Positions 40,301 through 51,400 of a stretch of 64,000 bases of DNA are shown here, piece after piece. The notes beneath the pieces are model-generated. The model was given only the letters and a program-made list of their open reading frames with translations. It was not told the DNA's origin and made no database searches. Position 1 is the first letter of the stretch, and every line of letters starts with the position of its first letter. The position numbers were made by a program, and so were the translations under genes. The stretch covers positions 2,294,001-2,358,000 of the forward strand of contig NW_026782179.1 of NCBI RefSeq assembly GCF_031769215.1, given 5' to 3'. This DNA comes from Ylistrum balloti. Its lineage: Eukaryota.

Positions 40301-42215
40301 TAACTAAGAATTTGATACTGACAATCAAAATTATAAACTGTTTTAAATACACTCACTATAGGTATACTAGCAGTTATGCTACAATAATACTTCAACTGTA
40401 AGTAAGTACCAGTATCTAAAAATAGTTACATCATATTGTACTTTTCCATAACAAAGACAATATCATCATGGAATCTGCAGTATGACTCACCGTACCACAA
40501 AGTTATTAACAACAGGATGCATGTCTGAAATATTATCTTCTCATCTTTTCTTTTTTGTACTGGCAAAAACAAAATTCAAGAGTCAATTCTTGGAACTTAC
40601 CTTATCTATAGACTTGGGGAGATGTTGTGTCTCGTATCCCATGACAGCTCTGGACTCTTGTTGACCCGTGTCAGCCAACAGAACCAGGAATTTGAGGATG
40701 GAGCGCATATCAGATTCATTCTCTGAGTTAGAACAGACATGAGATTGTACATAAATTTGTATCACTTCAGTGTTCATGTTACATCAAATCTGAATGTATC
40801 CATCAGTGGTTAAAAACAATTCTAACAATTCCAACTTTGTAACTATATCAACAAACAATCACTCCTTTGTAACTATATCAACTAACAATCACTCCTTTGT
40901 AACTATATCAACTAACAATCACTCCTTTGTAACTATATCAACTAACAATCACTCCTTTGAAACTATATCAACTAACAATCACTCCTTTGTAACTATATCA
41001 AGGAACAATCACTCCTTTTAACTATATCAACTAACAATCACTCCTTTGTAACTATATCAAGGAACAATCACTCCTTTGTAACTATATCAACTAACAATCA
41101 CTCCTTTGTAACTATATCAACAACAATCACTCCTTGAGCTTGTTACAAATGGATATGAAGACGATATAGAAAATATAGGTCTCAAAGAGACAAAATTATT
41201 ATACTTATTTTACTAGGAAATGCCAACAGAATATTACCTTTTATGTGTTCGTCAACATTCACATTACTAATGTCAACCAAATTTTCAAGCAGTTCCTCTA
41301 GTCGGTTTGCATCGTCATAATGTCGCCTACACCTCAGGTCAAAGGCATAGCTAAGAATATGAACACGCTCGTCTTCCAAATGAGTATTTTGTACAGAAAT
41401 CTGTCGTTGCCATCTATAAAAGACCACCAATATTCATATTTATTACATTTTCTTATGCGAGTAGATCCTTTACTTTGAATCTAAACATGGCAGCTAGTTC
41501 ATGGTACTTCTATTTTTTACTGTAATCCTAACAATAATACAGTCACATTTATGTACAATTGATTTTTTCTTTTGATCTTCATGATCACTACTCTGGAGCA
41601 AATTTTCACTCTTTATTAACAATGTGTTCTCTCCAGGTTATTCTTTCAACCCAATCCAACTTCTGCAGATAAGTATTTCATCCTCCAACATTTTCAAAGC
41701 AATTTTCCCCATCACCAATAAGAAATGAGAAATGAGTTTTCATAGAGATGATAAATTTACTGCCATTACCATGTAGCATTTACTAATTGTTTAAGCCTTT
41801 ATTACATGAAGTAGTATAAATACCAGATACACATACTATTTCCTTTTTCAACAGATCGTCTGAAATGTTTCTATTTACATAATATTTTTAGAGGTTAACA
41901 TTTTCTGTTTTGTCATCACATAAAAATATTTTGTCAAAATAGTCAACACCACTTTTGGATGTAAATACTTTTTTCAGAATAATGTTAAATGGAATGAGGA
42001 AACCAACCTTTGGTTTGATTTCAACACTGTCTTAAATACCTTATTGGTCCTACAAGATAGGCAAATATTGTTTCATATGCTTTTTTCTTGAGTCGCTTCT
42101 GTATCTCAGACTTGGACAGAGTAGGTTGCTTAAGGAAAGCCCTCCTTGGACCATTTGTATGTAATACACAAAGTTGTTTTATCAAGGCAGTTACACTGTC
42201 TTCTAAGGTAGACAT
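19315..42215 (-). CDS. TUBGCP6: Gamma-tubulin complex component 6, complete, 32 coding exons, 1623 aa (1633 aa with the optional 30-nt exon)
   Basis: Exons 5'->3': 42215-42040, 41413-41238, 40722-40601, 39791-39700, 39412-39361, 39076-39020, 38516-38389, 38030-37982, 37447-37260, 36669-36459, 36088-35793, 35469-35403, 34450-34341, 33971-33880, 33370-33231, 31677-31535, 31234-31143, 30839-30751, 30490-30375, 29964-29796, 29078-28897, 27142-26244, 25927-25841, 25305-25146, 23669-23528, 23129-22973, 22705-22668, 21443-21311, 20710-20656, 20381-20220, 20013-19814, 19406-19315 (4872 nt, all GT-AG, phases consistent). GCP6 hallmarks: SYAFDLR..DDANRLEEL, LFGGLVQS, PYLSEAG, GRIP1 (VPLFLADLASDIFICGKSINLLK), large coiled-coil/low-complexity insert, GRIP2 (HFEALRCYLFMGDGDFAQILSD, WPLNIVIT, LLRLNFNDYY). 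Confidence 0.95.
21453..21672 (+). mobile_element. Short HINE-like element abutting a TUBGCP6 acceptor
   Basis: Starts AACAAG, has a GATG/GACA-type microsatellite-like tract, and ends in a GTCCCTCCGGTTTCACTGTCAGGGGAC hairpin (21640-21666) followed by CAACAA. Confidence 0.5.
22118..22300. repeat. 57-bp tandem duplication x2 plus a degenerate third copy
   Basis: CTACCACACAGCATTATAGGGTTCTTTGTACACATATCTTCACCTATTTACTTTT at 22118 and 22175. Confidence 0.85.
24000..25050. repeat. Complex satellite built from a ~18-bp TGTCTACCA monomer with higher-order periods (87, 36 and about 106 bp)
   Basis: Alternating TGTCTACCATTCATGCAT / TGTCTACCATTTATACAA / TGTCTCACATTT subunits in TUBGCP6 intron 24. Source of several spurious ORFs. 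Confidence 0.9.
27995..28905. repeat. 73-bp minisatellite (about 12 units) derived from the exon 21 3' end and donor of TUBGCP6
   Basis: Sense-strand unit contains AAGAACTACCACA-ATAAGTACA, versus the real junction AAGAGCTACCACA|GTAAGTACA. Confidence 0.92.
29160..29241 (+). mobile_element. 3' end fragment of a HINE-like element
   Basis: GACGGACGGATGGACGG microsatellite, then a GCTCTC-CCTTCA-GAGAGC hairpin (29217-29234) and an A-run. Confidence 0.5.
29472..29501 (-). CDS. TUBGCP6: Probable 30-nt symmetric (phase 0-0) exon of TUBGCP6, peptide EPVTAQKPDN
   Basis: TGTTTTAG|GAACCC...GACAAT|GTGAGT. Good splice signals, no stop codon, and it fits between exon 20 (ends phase 0) and exon 21 (starts phase 0). 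Confidence 0.6.
32325..33200. repeat. 28-bp minisatellite, about 30 units, in TUBGCP6 intron 15
   Basis: AATGTTCACCCAACTACTGCACTGTAG(T/C/A) units. Confidence 0.95.
34430..34690. repeat. ~81-85-bp tandem duplication including the acceptor and first ~18 nt of TUBGCP6 exon 13
   Basis: GCAGATGAAC core at 34438 (real exon), 34523 and 34604. Confidence 0.8.
40832..41132. repeat. 30-bp minisatellite, about 10 units
   Basis: AACAATCACTCCTTTGTAACTATATCAACT units in TUBGCP6 coding intron 2. Confidence 0.93.
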
Positions 42216-43659
42216 CTCATCTGATCACATTTTCTTCATGAAAGTTCATCGATCTCAGAGAGCAAAATCTTTTCTATAACTGGAAAAAAAAAGAAAAAAA
42301 TCAATACACTATTATGACTAAATATTTTACTTCATTCTAAGAATTATAAGTGCCAATATGTAAAATATCCAAAGACATACAACTGCATCCCTCTTATAAG
42401 GTGCTTCTCCTAAAGAAAACACTTTGAGAGGATTCAATTTGCTCTGAGCAAATACCATATGTTCCATAAAATCTTGTACAGAAACATGCAATTACTTGAT
42501 CGCTGCTGTCAGAAAGTTCAATGAAGCTGATCATTAGGCAAATCTGTTGCTTATCAAGATTTGTCTCTTTTTATCTAGTGATTGTATAATGTACATAGGA
42601 TTACAAAGTGGAATCTCATGATCTCATGAGTACTTATCTTAGACAGGGTTTACACTGGGTATCTCATAAATGGGATACTGTTCTGATTAGAATTTATATG
42701 AGTTCCTTTTATATATTTAGAATAGAAGTCTTGAAAATAACTTAGGTCAAAGCTCTGCATATTCATGGCCTAACCAGAAAATCTGTTAGTGTTAGACTCA
42801 TGACATAAATCTTCAGTGGTTTAAAAATGACCATGAGGTCAATTCTGGTAGCTGAATCAAGAATGTCTCAACTAATTAACTAGATCTCTTCAAAACAACA
42901 GTTGCAGCTCTCTACTACATTTGCCTGATGTCAGATCTCAAACTTCATGTTAAGAACAAAATCTTCAACTGATAACTCTAGTGTCACGTAACAACTTACA
43001 GTAATGATTGTACACAAAATACACTTACTGGAGTACTCAAACCCCCAAGTTCTGATGCTTTATTTAACTTATCCCACCCCTCCTTCCAGAGATAAACTAA
43101 AGTCCTTTATATGCTTAATGGTCATGAATTAGGGTAATAGTTACTGCTTTGGGTATTCAATTTTACACTGAAATAAGGGATAATTTGAAAAATACACATA
43201 TCAAGTTCTTTTAAACAATTTAAACTAAAAATGGTAACATGTTTTAGACATGGCCAAATACTATTGTAACATTGTACATAAAAAGTAAATACTTCAGTTG
43301 TCTGCCTTTTTTTGAACATCATATACTTTCTCACTACCATTGTTTATGTGAAATAATGGAAACAATATACACATTCCTCTTTTGAGTGCCCTGACCAGAA
43401 ATTGAACACAGAATTTGGTATGATATTCAATTGGCTTTACCAAATATGCCAAAGAAGCATGCTGAGTGACAAAAACTGTATAAGCCAAACCAACCAACTC
43501 CTTTTACATTATAATCCCTATGCTTTGCCTAAATCTCAATCTAAGCCCCAATATATCACAACGCATGGGATTTGGTTGGGCACTAATTTTTAATGAACAG
43601 GGTTAATATATATAACTGTCCAGTGCCTAACCAGGGATCAAACCTGAACCAAAGAAGCA

Positions 43660-43850
43660 TGCTTTGTTGACTGAGTGACAGAGACCATAGTTAACACTAT
43701 GTACAATACACACCGACCTGTTAACTAAATGACAGAGACTATCATTAACATTATGCACAATCCACACCGATTCGTCTGTGAATCAACACAGATATGTCAG
43801 CTGAGTGACACAGACCATATTTAACACTATTTACAAACCACACAAATAGT
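43660..43850. repeat. Degenerate tandem repeat, about 3 units
   Basis: TGAGTGACAGAGACCATAGTTAACACTATG..CAA..CACAC recurs three times. Confidence 0.65.
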
Positions 43851-44329
43851 ACTCAAGTAAAATCATGATCACCCATGACATTTGCACTAAATGCTACAAC
43901 TGGCTGGCCATACATTGTAGTCAATGGAGAACAAAGTCTGTGAAATAAAGTGACATAATAAGCACCAAGCTGGGAAGTTAGTGTCTGTGACCTGGTATAT
44001 GTATTGTGTACAACGTATTAAGATATCTGATAAAGTAACGACAATCACAACAATGTAACAATAATCACAAGAATACAAATGACAGCATGATTAACAATGA
44101 TGATTGTAAAACATTGTATGTATGATAAGCTTTCTTACAGTTACAAATCAGAATAATGTGACGAAATGTCATAAAAAATGTTCGGAGTTTGAAAATGAAC
44201 AGCTGATAAAGCTGTCATGAAAAGAAATTTCGCGAACAACTGATTCAAAAGCACATTTCCCCAATGAAACATACAATAATGAAGTCAGTAAAATTTCATG
44301 TGAATTGATAACACCGTACATTATCGAAT

Positions 44330-44480
44330 AACAAGTATGTTTCACCATACCATAACAAGCACACACAAATCATCCCGCGGTTGGTAAACAGGAAGTATTA
44401 AAATAGTTTCTAAATTTCGACTGAAAATTATATACCGGGTTTCCGGAATTATTTATGTCTTTAATCCCGGTTGAAAATAC
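44330..44480 (-). promoter_or_regulatory. Candidate TUBGCP6 promoter / TSS region
   Basis: Local CpG cluster (CCGCGG, CCGG x3) and ETS motif CAGGAAGT at 44389-44396. The first coding exon has an acceptor at 42281-42280, so a non-coding exon lies upstream; candidate donor at 44138-44137. Confidence 0.5.
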
Positions 44481-45199
44481 ATTTCAAATAACAGCAATGA
44501 TAAAAAACATAGTGTCATCAAAAACATTATGTAAATTAAAATGTAGTCATCAATATATTTTACAATGTTGAAATACACCAGTCTACTCAAATGGGCAAAA
44601 GGATCCTACGCTCAGAACAGATACTTTGCTATTTATGATCTGATTTTGTATTTAATATGATATAATTCAATTATAAAACCAACTTAGTTCCTTCTAACAT
44701 TTTTTCTTTTTTTGACAACAGAAAAAAAAAAATCATTGAAAATAAGATCTTTAATTAGTAACCTTGCTTTTGGTGATACAATTGTAAAAGTGCCATTTTT
44801 GATATTGTACATCTTGAGTAAATGCCCTTTATTTAGTAATAAGGTGCTGTTGTCTAAGCAATAAAAATCAGTGAGTGTAGCTGATATCTTGCCACAAGGG
44901 AATGTGCAGTGCATAGAATTATGGTGACATTGACCATGGGTTAAAGGTCAAAGGTGAAATAAATATCAAATTTTCACGGCAGCCAGATCTCAGTTCATAA
45001 AAAATATATCTTTTGAAGAATTAAAATTCTTATATATTTTTATTATTATAATTCTAAGCAAGTTTGAAATATTTCAAATGATAATTTAACAAATTATACC
45101 CAAAAATCCATTTTTCCTATATAACCTATAATAAATTTATAATAATAAAATAAAGTAATAAATAATACAATAATAATAACATATTGATGAAAAAAAAAA

Positions 45200-45561
45200 A
45201 TGATAATAAAATAACCCAATGGAAAATGTGAAACCCTTGGTCCATGAAATTCACAATTTTTGTAAACCACCTTATGATGCTTCCATCCATGAAGAGCTTT
45301 TGATTCTTCTATATCTGGTTGTTGAGAAGAAGGCTTTTGACACTTTTGGCTCCGCCCCTCAGGCCCCCATTTGGTGGGGACCATATAATTCACTATTTTG
45401 TTCCATCTTTGGCCAAGGAAGGTTTCTACAAAATTTCCTTGAAATTGGTTCAGGAGTTTTTGAGGAGAAGTCTAAAATGTTAAATTGTTCATGGACACAT
45501 GACAGCGGATAAAGGTGATCGCAATGGGTCACCATGAGACTGTGTCTGGTGACCTTAAAAA
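45200..45561 (+). mobile_element. HINE/Helentron-like non-autonomous element (3' part)
   Basis: Terminal hairpin GGTCACC(45527-45533)...GGTGACC(45548-45554) followed by an A-run; body motifs GATGCTTC, GAAGAAG..T, GCTCCGCCCC. Confidence 0.55.
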
Positions 45562-46119
45562 GACAAGGCAGTAATTGACATGATATGAGTCCTGTTGTTC
45601 CTGACAGTCTGTATCAAACTAACAAGAATGTTAAGGAAGACTTTAACTGAGTAAATGTCAAGGTCAAAAGAAGAGGTCAGTGACAATTTTTTTTTTTTTT
45701 TTTTGATTTTTGATTGAAAATTTTTGCATTAGGATATTGCAAATCAAAGTTGATCAATAAGGAATCAATATATCAAAGGTAAAGGTCACAATGTCATTTT
45801 TTTAAAGCGGTCAATATTTTCTGATATTATGAAGCAAAGTTGATCAGAATCAAATGAGAGATTATGTTACTAAAGTCACTAGGTCAATAATTAAGGTGAA
45901 ATGGTTTCTTTCTAATGAGTTGATATTCAAACTGTAATAAAAATATGTAATAAAATTGATCACAATGTTTTGTTGAGTAATGCATTTGACTAAAGGATAC
46001 AAGGTTATTAGTAGAAAGATTCAGGAAAATTGTAATATTTCTTATGGGTCATGTTAGTCTTGTAAAAATGGTGGAGTTTTCATCAGTGTTTGATAACCAT
46101 TGTTTTATACCCTTATTAC

Positions 46120-46980
46120 AAGAGCACTATTTCCTACTCATGTTTGGTTACCTTTGTTTTATAGCCTTGTTATGACAGCACGGTTTTCTACTCATGTTTG
46201 GTTACCATTGTTTTATAACCTTGTTACAAGGGCACGATATTCTACTCATGTTTGGTTACCATTGTTACAATAACAAAGTCTTCTACTCATGTTTGGTTAC
46301 CATTGTTACAATAACACAGTCTTCTACTCATGTTTGGTTACCATTGTTACAATAACATAGTCTTCTACTCATGTTTGGTTACCATTGTTACAATAACACA
46401 GTCTTCTACTCATGTTTGGTTACCATTGTTACAATAACACAGTCTTCTACTCATGTTTGGTTACCATTGTTACAATAACACAGTCTTCTACTCATGTTTG
46501 GTTACCATTGTTACAATAACACAGTCTTCTACTCATGTTTGGTTACCATTGTTACAATAACACGGTTTTCTACTCATGTTTGGTTACCATTGTTACAATA
46601 ACATAGTCTTCTACTCATGTTTGGTTACCATTGTTACAATAACATAGTCTTCTACTCATGTTTGGTTACCATTGTTACAATAACATAGTCTTCTACTTAT
46701 GTTTGGTTACCATTGTTTGAAGCCTTGTTACAACAGCACTGTTTTTCACCCATATTGGATTACCATTGTTTTAAAGCATTGTAATAATAGCAGTTTTCCA
46801 CTCATATTTGGTTACCATGGATTTGAAGTCTTGTTAGAAGAGCAGTTTTTCACCCATGTTTGGCTACTGTAGTTTTATAGCCAAGTTAGAACAGCTGTTT
46901 TCACTCATATTTGGTTACCATAGTTCCAAAGTCTTGTTAGGATAGCTGTTTTCACCCATGTTTGTTAAGTGTAATTTGTT
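46120..46980. repeat. 41-bp minisatellite: homogeneous core of about 12 units with degenerate flanks
   Basis: CTTCTACTCATGTTTGGTTACCATTGTTACAATAACACAGT units between TUBGCP6 and the protease gene. Confidence 0.93.
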
Positions 46981-47192
46981 ATGGTGGGTGTCATGCTGCA
47001 ATGTTCAGATTGTAACATTTCAGTGTGATGTCACAACAATATTGTTTTGTTTTTTTTTTATCAGGAAATAGATACATTGTTCTCTTGAAATTTTCATCTA
47101 ATAATTTTTACTGCCTGGCTGTTTTGTTAACAAAGATAATTCTGTCATAAATAAAAGAAAAAGTAACACAAAGCAGAAATATCAAATGAAAA

Positions 47193-47198
47193 TTTATT
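47193..47198 (-). terminator. Candidate polyadenylation signal of the protease gene
   Basis: AATAAA on the minus strand about 1.3 kb after the stop; alternatives at 47249-47254 and 47799-47804. Confidence 0.4.
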
Positions 47199-47448
47199 AA
47201 TAGATTATTGTACAGCACATTCCTAAATTTGAAAACAGTCTAAAATGTTTTATTTTTTCTTCCTTAATAGCATTTCATAATTGTATTCATTTGTAAAATA
47301 CAACATCCTCCTACACCAAATTTTCATGCAATATTCTTTTGGGGTTAGTAAAAAAATTAGGATTTGATAAAAAAAAAAAAAAAAAAATCATTAGGTCTAT
47401 TGTTGTGGGAAGAAATTTGAAAACTTTGAATGTCTCTGACCTTAAGGT

Positions 47449-47562
47449 ATTGTAACATTCTACTAATCGCCCAAACTCAACTTCAGTAATGTTCTATTTA
47501 TCCCAATTGTAACATTCTACTAATCGCCCAAACTCAACTTCAGTAATGTTCTATCTATCCCA
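47449..47562. repeat. Near-perfect 57-bp direct duplication
   Basis: ATTGTAACATTCTACTAATCGCCCAAACTCAACTTCAGTAATGTTCTAT(T/C)TATCCCA at 47449 and 47506. Confidence 0.9.
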
Positions 47563-47635
47563 ATAGCTATGTATACAAGACAAATTCCTATTCACAAGTG
47601 TAACTGTACAATAATGTAATCAAAAAGTACCTGTT

Positions 47636-47748
47636 GATGTCAGAGCATTATGAACAGTCAGAGCCTTATGAACAGTCAGAGCATCATTATGAACAGTCAG
47701 AGCATATGTACAGTCAGAGCATTATGAAAAGTCAGAGCATTATGAAGA
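47636..47748. repeat. ~18-bp tandem repeat, about 6 units
   Basis: GTCAGAGCATTATGAACA units. Confidence 0.8.
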
Positions 47749-48486
47749 GTGTACTCTAGTATAAGAATAATTTCCTGAACACTTTTACAGGAAATGCTTT
47801 TATTACTAATATTTAGCATAAAATGAAAGGAAAAAAAAGAAAAACTTGATACCTTAGAATTAAATGAAAAAGAGGAATCAAAGTCCCTTTCCAGAAGTTT
47901 TCAGGATTTCCTTCTGTTTTAAGCATTTTGGTGAATACTGCAATAGTTGAACCACAAAAGCAAAAAAAAAAAAAAAAAAATAGAATAAAAAAAAAAAACA
48001 CAAACAACCGGACCCAACCCAATCCATACCGTTTACACAACATATGATTAGCCCATAAAGATGTAATTAAAGCTAAACAATATTTAAGTTATAAACACCA
48101 TCTTCAGGTGTTAATTATATCAACTTAATTCACCACTTACTATGTTTTATATATATATATACACAAATTTTAATTTGGAATAATTTCAAAGCCCTGTTTT
48201 CTTGTGTACTGGTATTTTGTTATCTTTCTATTTTCCAAATCTCCCATGCACTCTTCAGTTATTCAGACTATATGGTTACTGTAATAGAGCTCATTGTTTA
48301 TTTCAAACAATCACCAGAATCAAACTCAGAACCTCTGGTTCATTCAAATTATCATAAAAAACATTTAGCATCAGAACATAATACATTGGAAAAAGAAAAT
48401 TAGCTGCAATTTTAATTATGCAATATTGTAAGAAGTCCACTGATGATTCGAATTAATCTTCGGCTGTATGGAATTCTGATAAGATG

Positions 48487-51400
48487 TTAGCTGTGTGTTT
48501 TAAGCTGATCCCGTATCCATGGTAAAATGGTTTTGATATGAGTGTAGACACCAGGGGCATTGGCCTGTCCACATCCTGCTCCCCAAGATGTGGCTCCATA
48601 CAGAGTGTAAACTCCTGTGGACAGAATAAGACACATCATTGGCACAGAATAACATTCCAAGGCATTCTTATCATTGACACATTTTCATCTATTAAATCGT
48701 ACATCAATGAGATGTTTTCAGAGGCTCCATAAAATAAACATAATTTCTAAGACTCAGTTAAACAATCTAATATGACTGAAAACTTATGTTAAACCCTCTT
48801 CATCAAAACAGACATTCTCCCAGAATTATTGGAGAAAACCGACATCCTCCCAGACTTATTGAATAGAGCTAATATCTCCCAGACTAATTGGAAAAAGCAA
48901 ATATCTTCAAAGAATTATTTTAGAAAGCAGATATCACCCCATGCTTATTGAAGAATTCACATTGAGTGACTTAATTTGAAAATAAGCCTCACTGACTGAA
49001 CTGAAAAATAAAGCATACTCTCACTGAGTTAGTGAAGATTACAGATCCCCATTACTGATTTGTTGAAACTAGAGGTATCAGCAAGACACAAGTGTTAGTA
49101 AATAAGGAGACGTTGCAAACCCGTTAGTGTTAATAGCTTTGTGAAAAGGTGTACTCATGACTCATGATATAAAATTAAAGTCCTGCCTGCAGGATCTATA
49201 GTAAAGAATCTGAAATCACACATAATTCTGCATGCAATTATTATGATTATTTCTAATGTTTTATTTCTACTTCCCATTATAGTAAGGTGTGGCTCCATTG
49301 ATCCTATTGTTTGGGAAAATTCTAATCAAGATTCTTTTGAGTTAAATGGGCATAAATATGGAAAAAAAATCAAATAGTCATAGCCTAATCAGGAAGGATA
49401 ATACAAGTACAATTCTTATTTGTACCTGCTAAAGAGTCAATGAGCAGGAATTTCATTCTGAGAGAATTATGGACTAAGTTAACAACATATGGCCTTCAGC
49501 ATGAAAAGTAGACCACCTCACTGACATATTGACTTATTTATCTAGCAATAAGTCAAAAGTCTGCAAATAAGCCAATTCACATCTGTTGTTGTTCAACTTA
49601 ATCATCATTACAAACAGATGTTACATCACTGTCCTGCAATAAGCCCTACCCTGACTTGGAGTCATAGCTTTTTAAGAGGACCACAGAGGTTTTTAACAGA
49701 TTAATATGGTGAAAAAAAATCATCACAGAAAGCAGACTGCTGACTGACTGATTAGATACGGTATACGTAGTTATATACCGGGTAATTGACTTTATAGAGA
49801 AGTCAAATGTTCTTAGTAACCAATCACACGATATTGGGTCTGCCTGAAGTTTAATTTTATCCATGTGTATTTCATAGATTTTGGAAAATAAAGATATGAC
49901 ATTTAAATAAACAACTGGAGGTATTAGAATTGGATAGCCTGCCTTACCTGCACTTTCCTCACACACAAGTGGCCCTCCACTGTCTCCTTGACATGTGTCA
50001 ACACCACCAGCAACCAGGCCAGCACACAACATGGCCGTAGTGATCTGAGATTTGCTGTATAGCAGTGTGCATTGGGCTCGACTAATCAGAGGAGCCACAG
50101 CCTGTTTCAGCATGTGAGGTGTACCTAAAGTGTGAAATATCACATCTCATCAATCACTAAAATAAACCAACATTGAAGAATCCAACATATGAAGATACAA
50201 GTATTTTGGGTACAATTCATTTCCCACCGAAATTGACCATCAAGTGATTTCATCAAGAACTGAACTTAATGACACAAATACAGAAAACATCAAGTCAAAT
50301 TAATACCCCAGCTCTGTTTTGCCCCAGTCAAGATAAGACACCATATGTACGTTCTGTGATGTACAAAGTGATGACCCTAAATAGCTCTGTTGTACCCCAG
50401 CCCGAGATAAGACACTACATGCATGTTCTACAATGTACAAAGTGATGACCCTAAACAGTTCTGTTCTACCCCAGCCTGAGATAAGACACCATATGTATGT
50501 TTTGTGTTGTACAAAGTGATGATCCTAACTAGCTCTGTTCTTCCCCAGCCTGAGATAACACACCATATGTATGCTTTGTGATGTACAAAGTGATGACCCT
50601 AACTAGCTCTGTTGTACCCCAGCCCGAGATAAGACACTACATGCATGTTCTACAATGTACAAAGTGATGACCCTAAACAGTTCTGTTCTACCCCAGCCTG
50701 AGATAAGACACCATATGTATGTTTTGTGTTGTACAAAGTGATGATCCTAACTAGCTCTGTTCTACCCCAGCCTGAGATAAGACACTACATGCATGTTCTA
50801 CAATGTACAAAGTGATGACCCTAAATAGCTCTGTTCTACCCCAGCCTGAGATAACATACCATATGTATGTTTTGTGTTGTATAAAGTGATGACCCTAAAC
50901 AGCTCTGTTCTACCCCAGCATGAGATAAGGCACCATATGTATGTTTTGTGTTGTACAAAGTGATGATCCTAACTAGCTCTGTTCTACCTCATCATGAGAT
51001 AAGGCACCATATGTATGTTTTGTGTCATTCAAAGTGATGACCCTAAATAGCTCTGTTCTACCCCAGCCTGAGATAAGGCACCACATGCATGTTCTACGAT
51101 GTACAAAGTGATGATCCTAACTAGCTCTGTTCTACCCCAGACTGAGATAAGACACCATACTTATGCTCCGTGTTGTACAAAGTGATGACCCTAAAAAGCT
51201 CTGTTCTATCCCAGCCTGAGATAAGACACTACATGCATGTTTTACGATGTACAATGTGATGACCCTAAACAGCTCTGTTCTACCCCAGCCTGAGATAAGA
51301 CACTGTATGTAGGCTCTGTGTTGTTCAAAGTGGTGACCCTAAAAGCTCTGTTCTATCCCAGCCTGAGATAAGACACTACATGCATGTTTTACGATGTACA

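Noticed and set aside
43380-43660. tRNA B-box-like strings (GGGATCAAACC, GAAATTGAAC)
   Set aside because: Too decayed to call; at most SINE remnants, with no cloverleaf.
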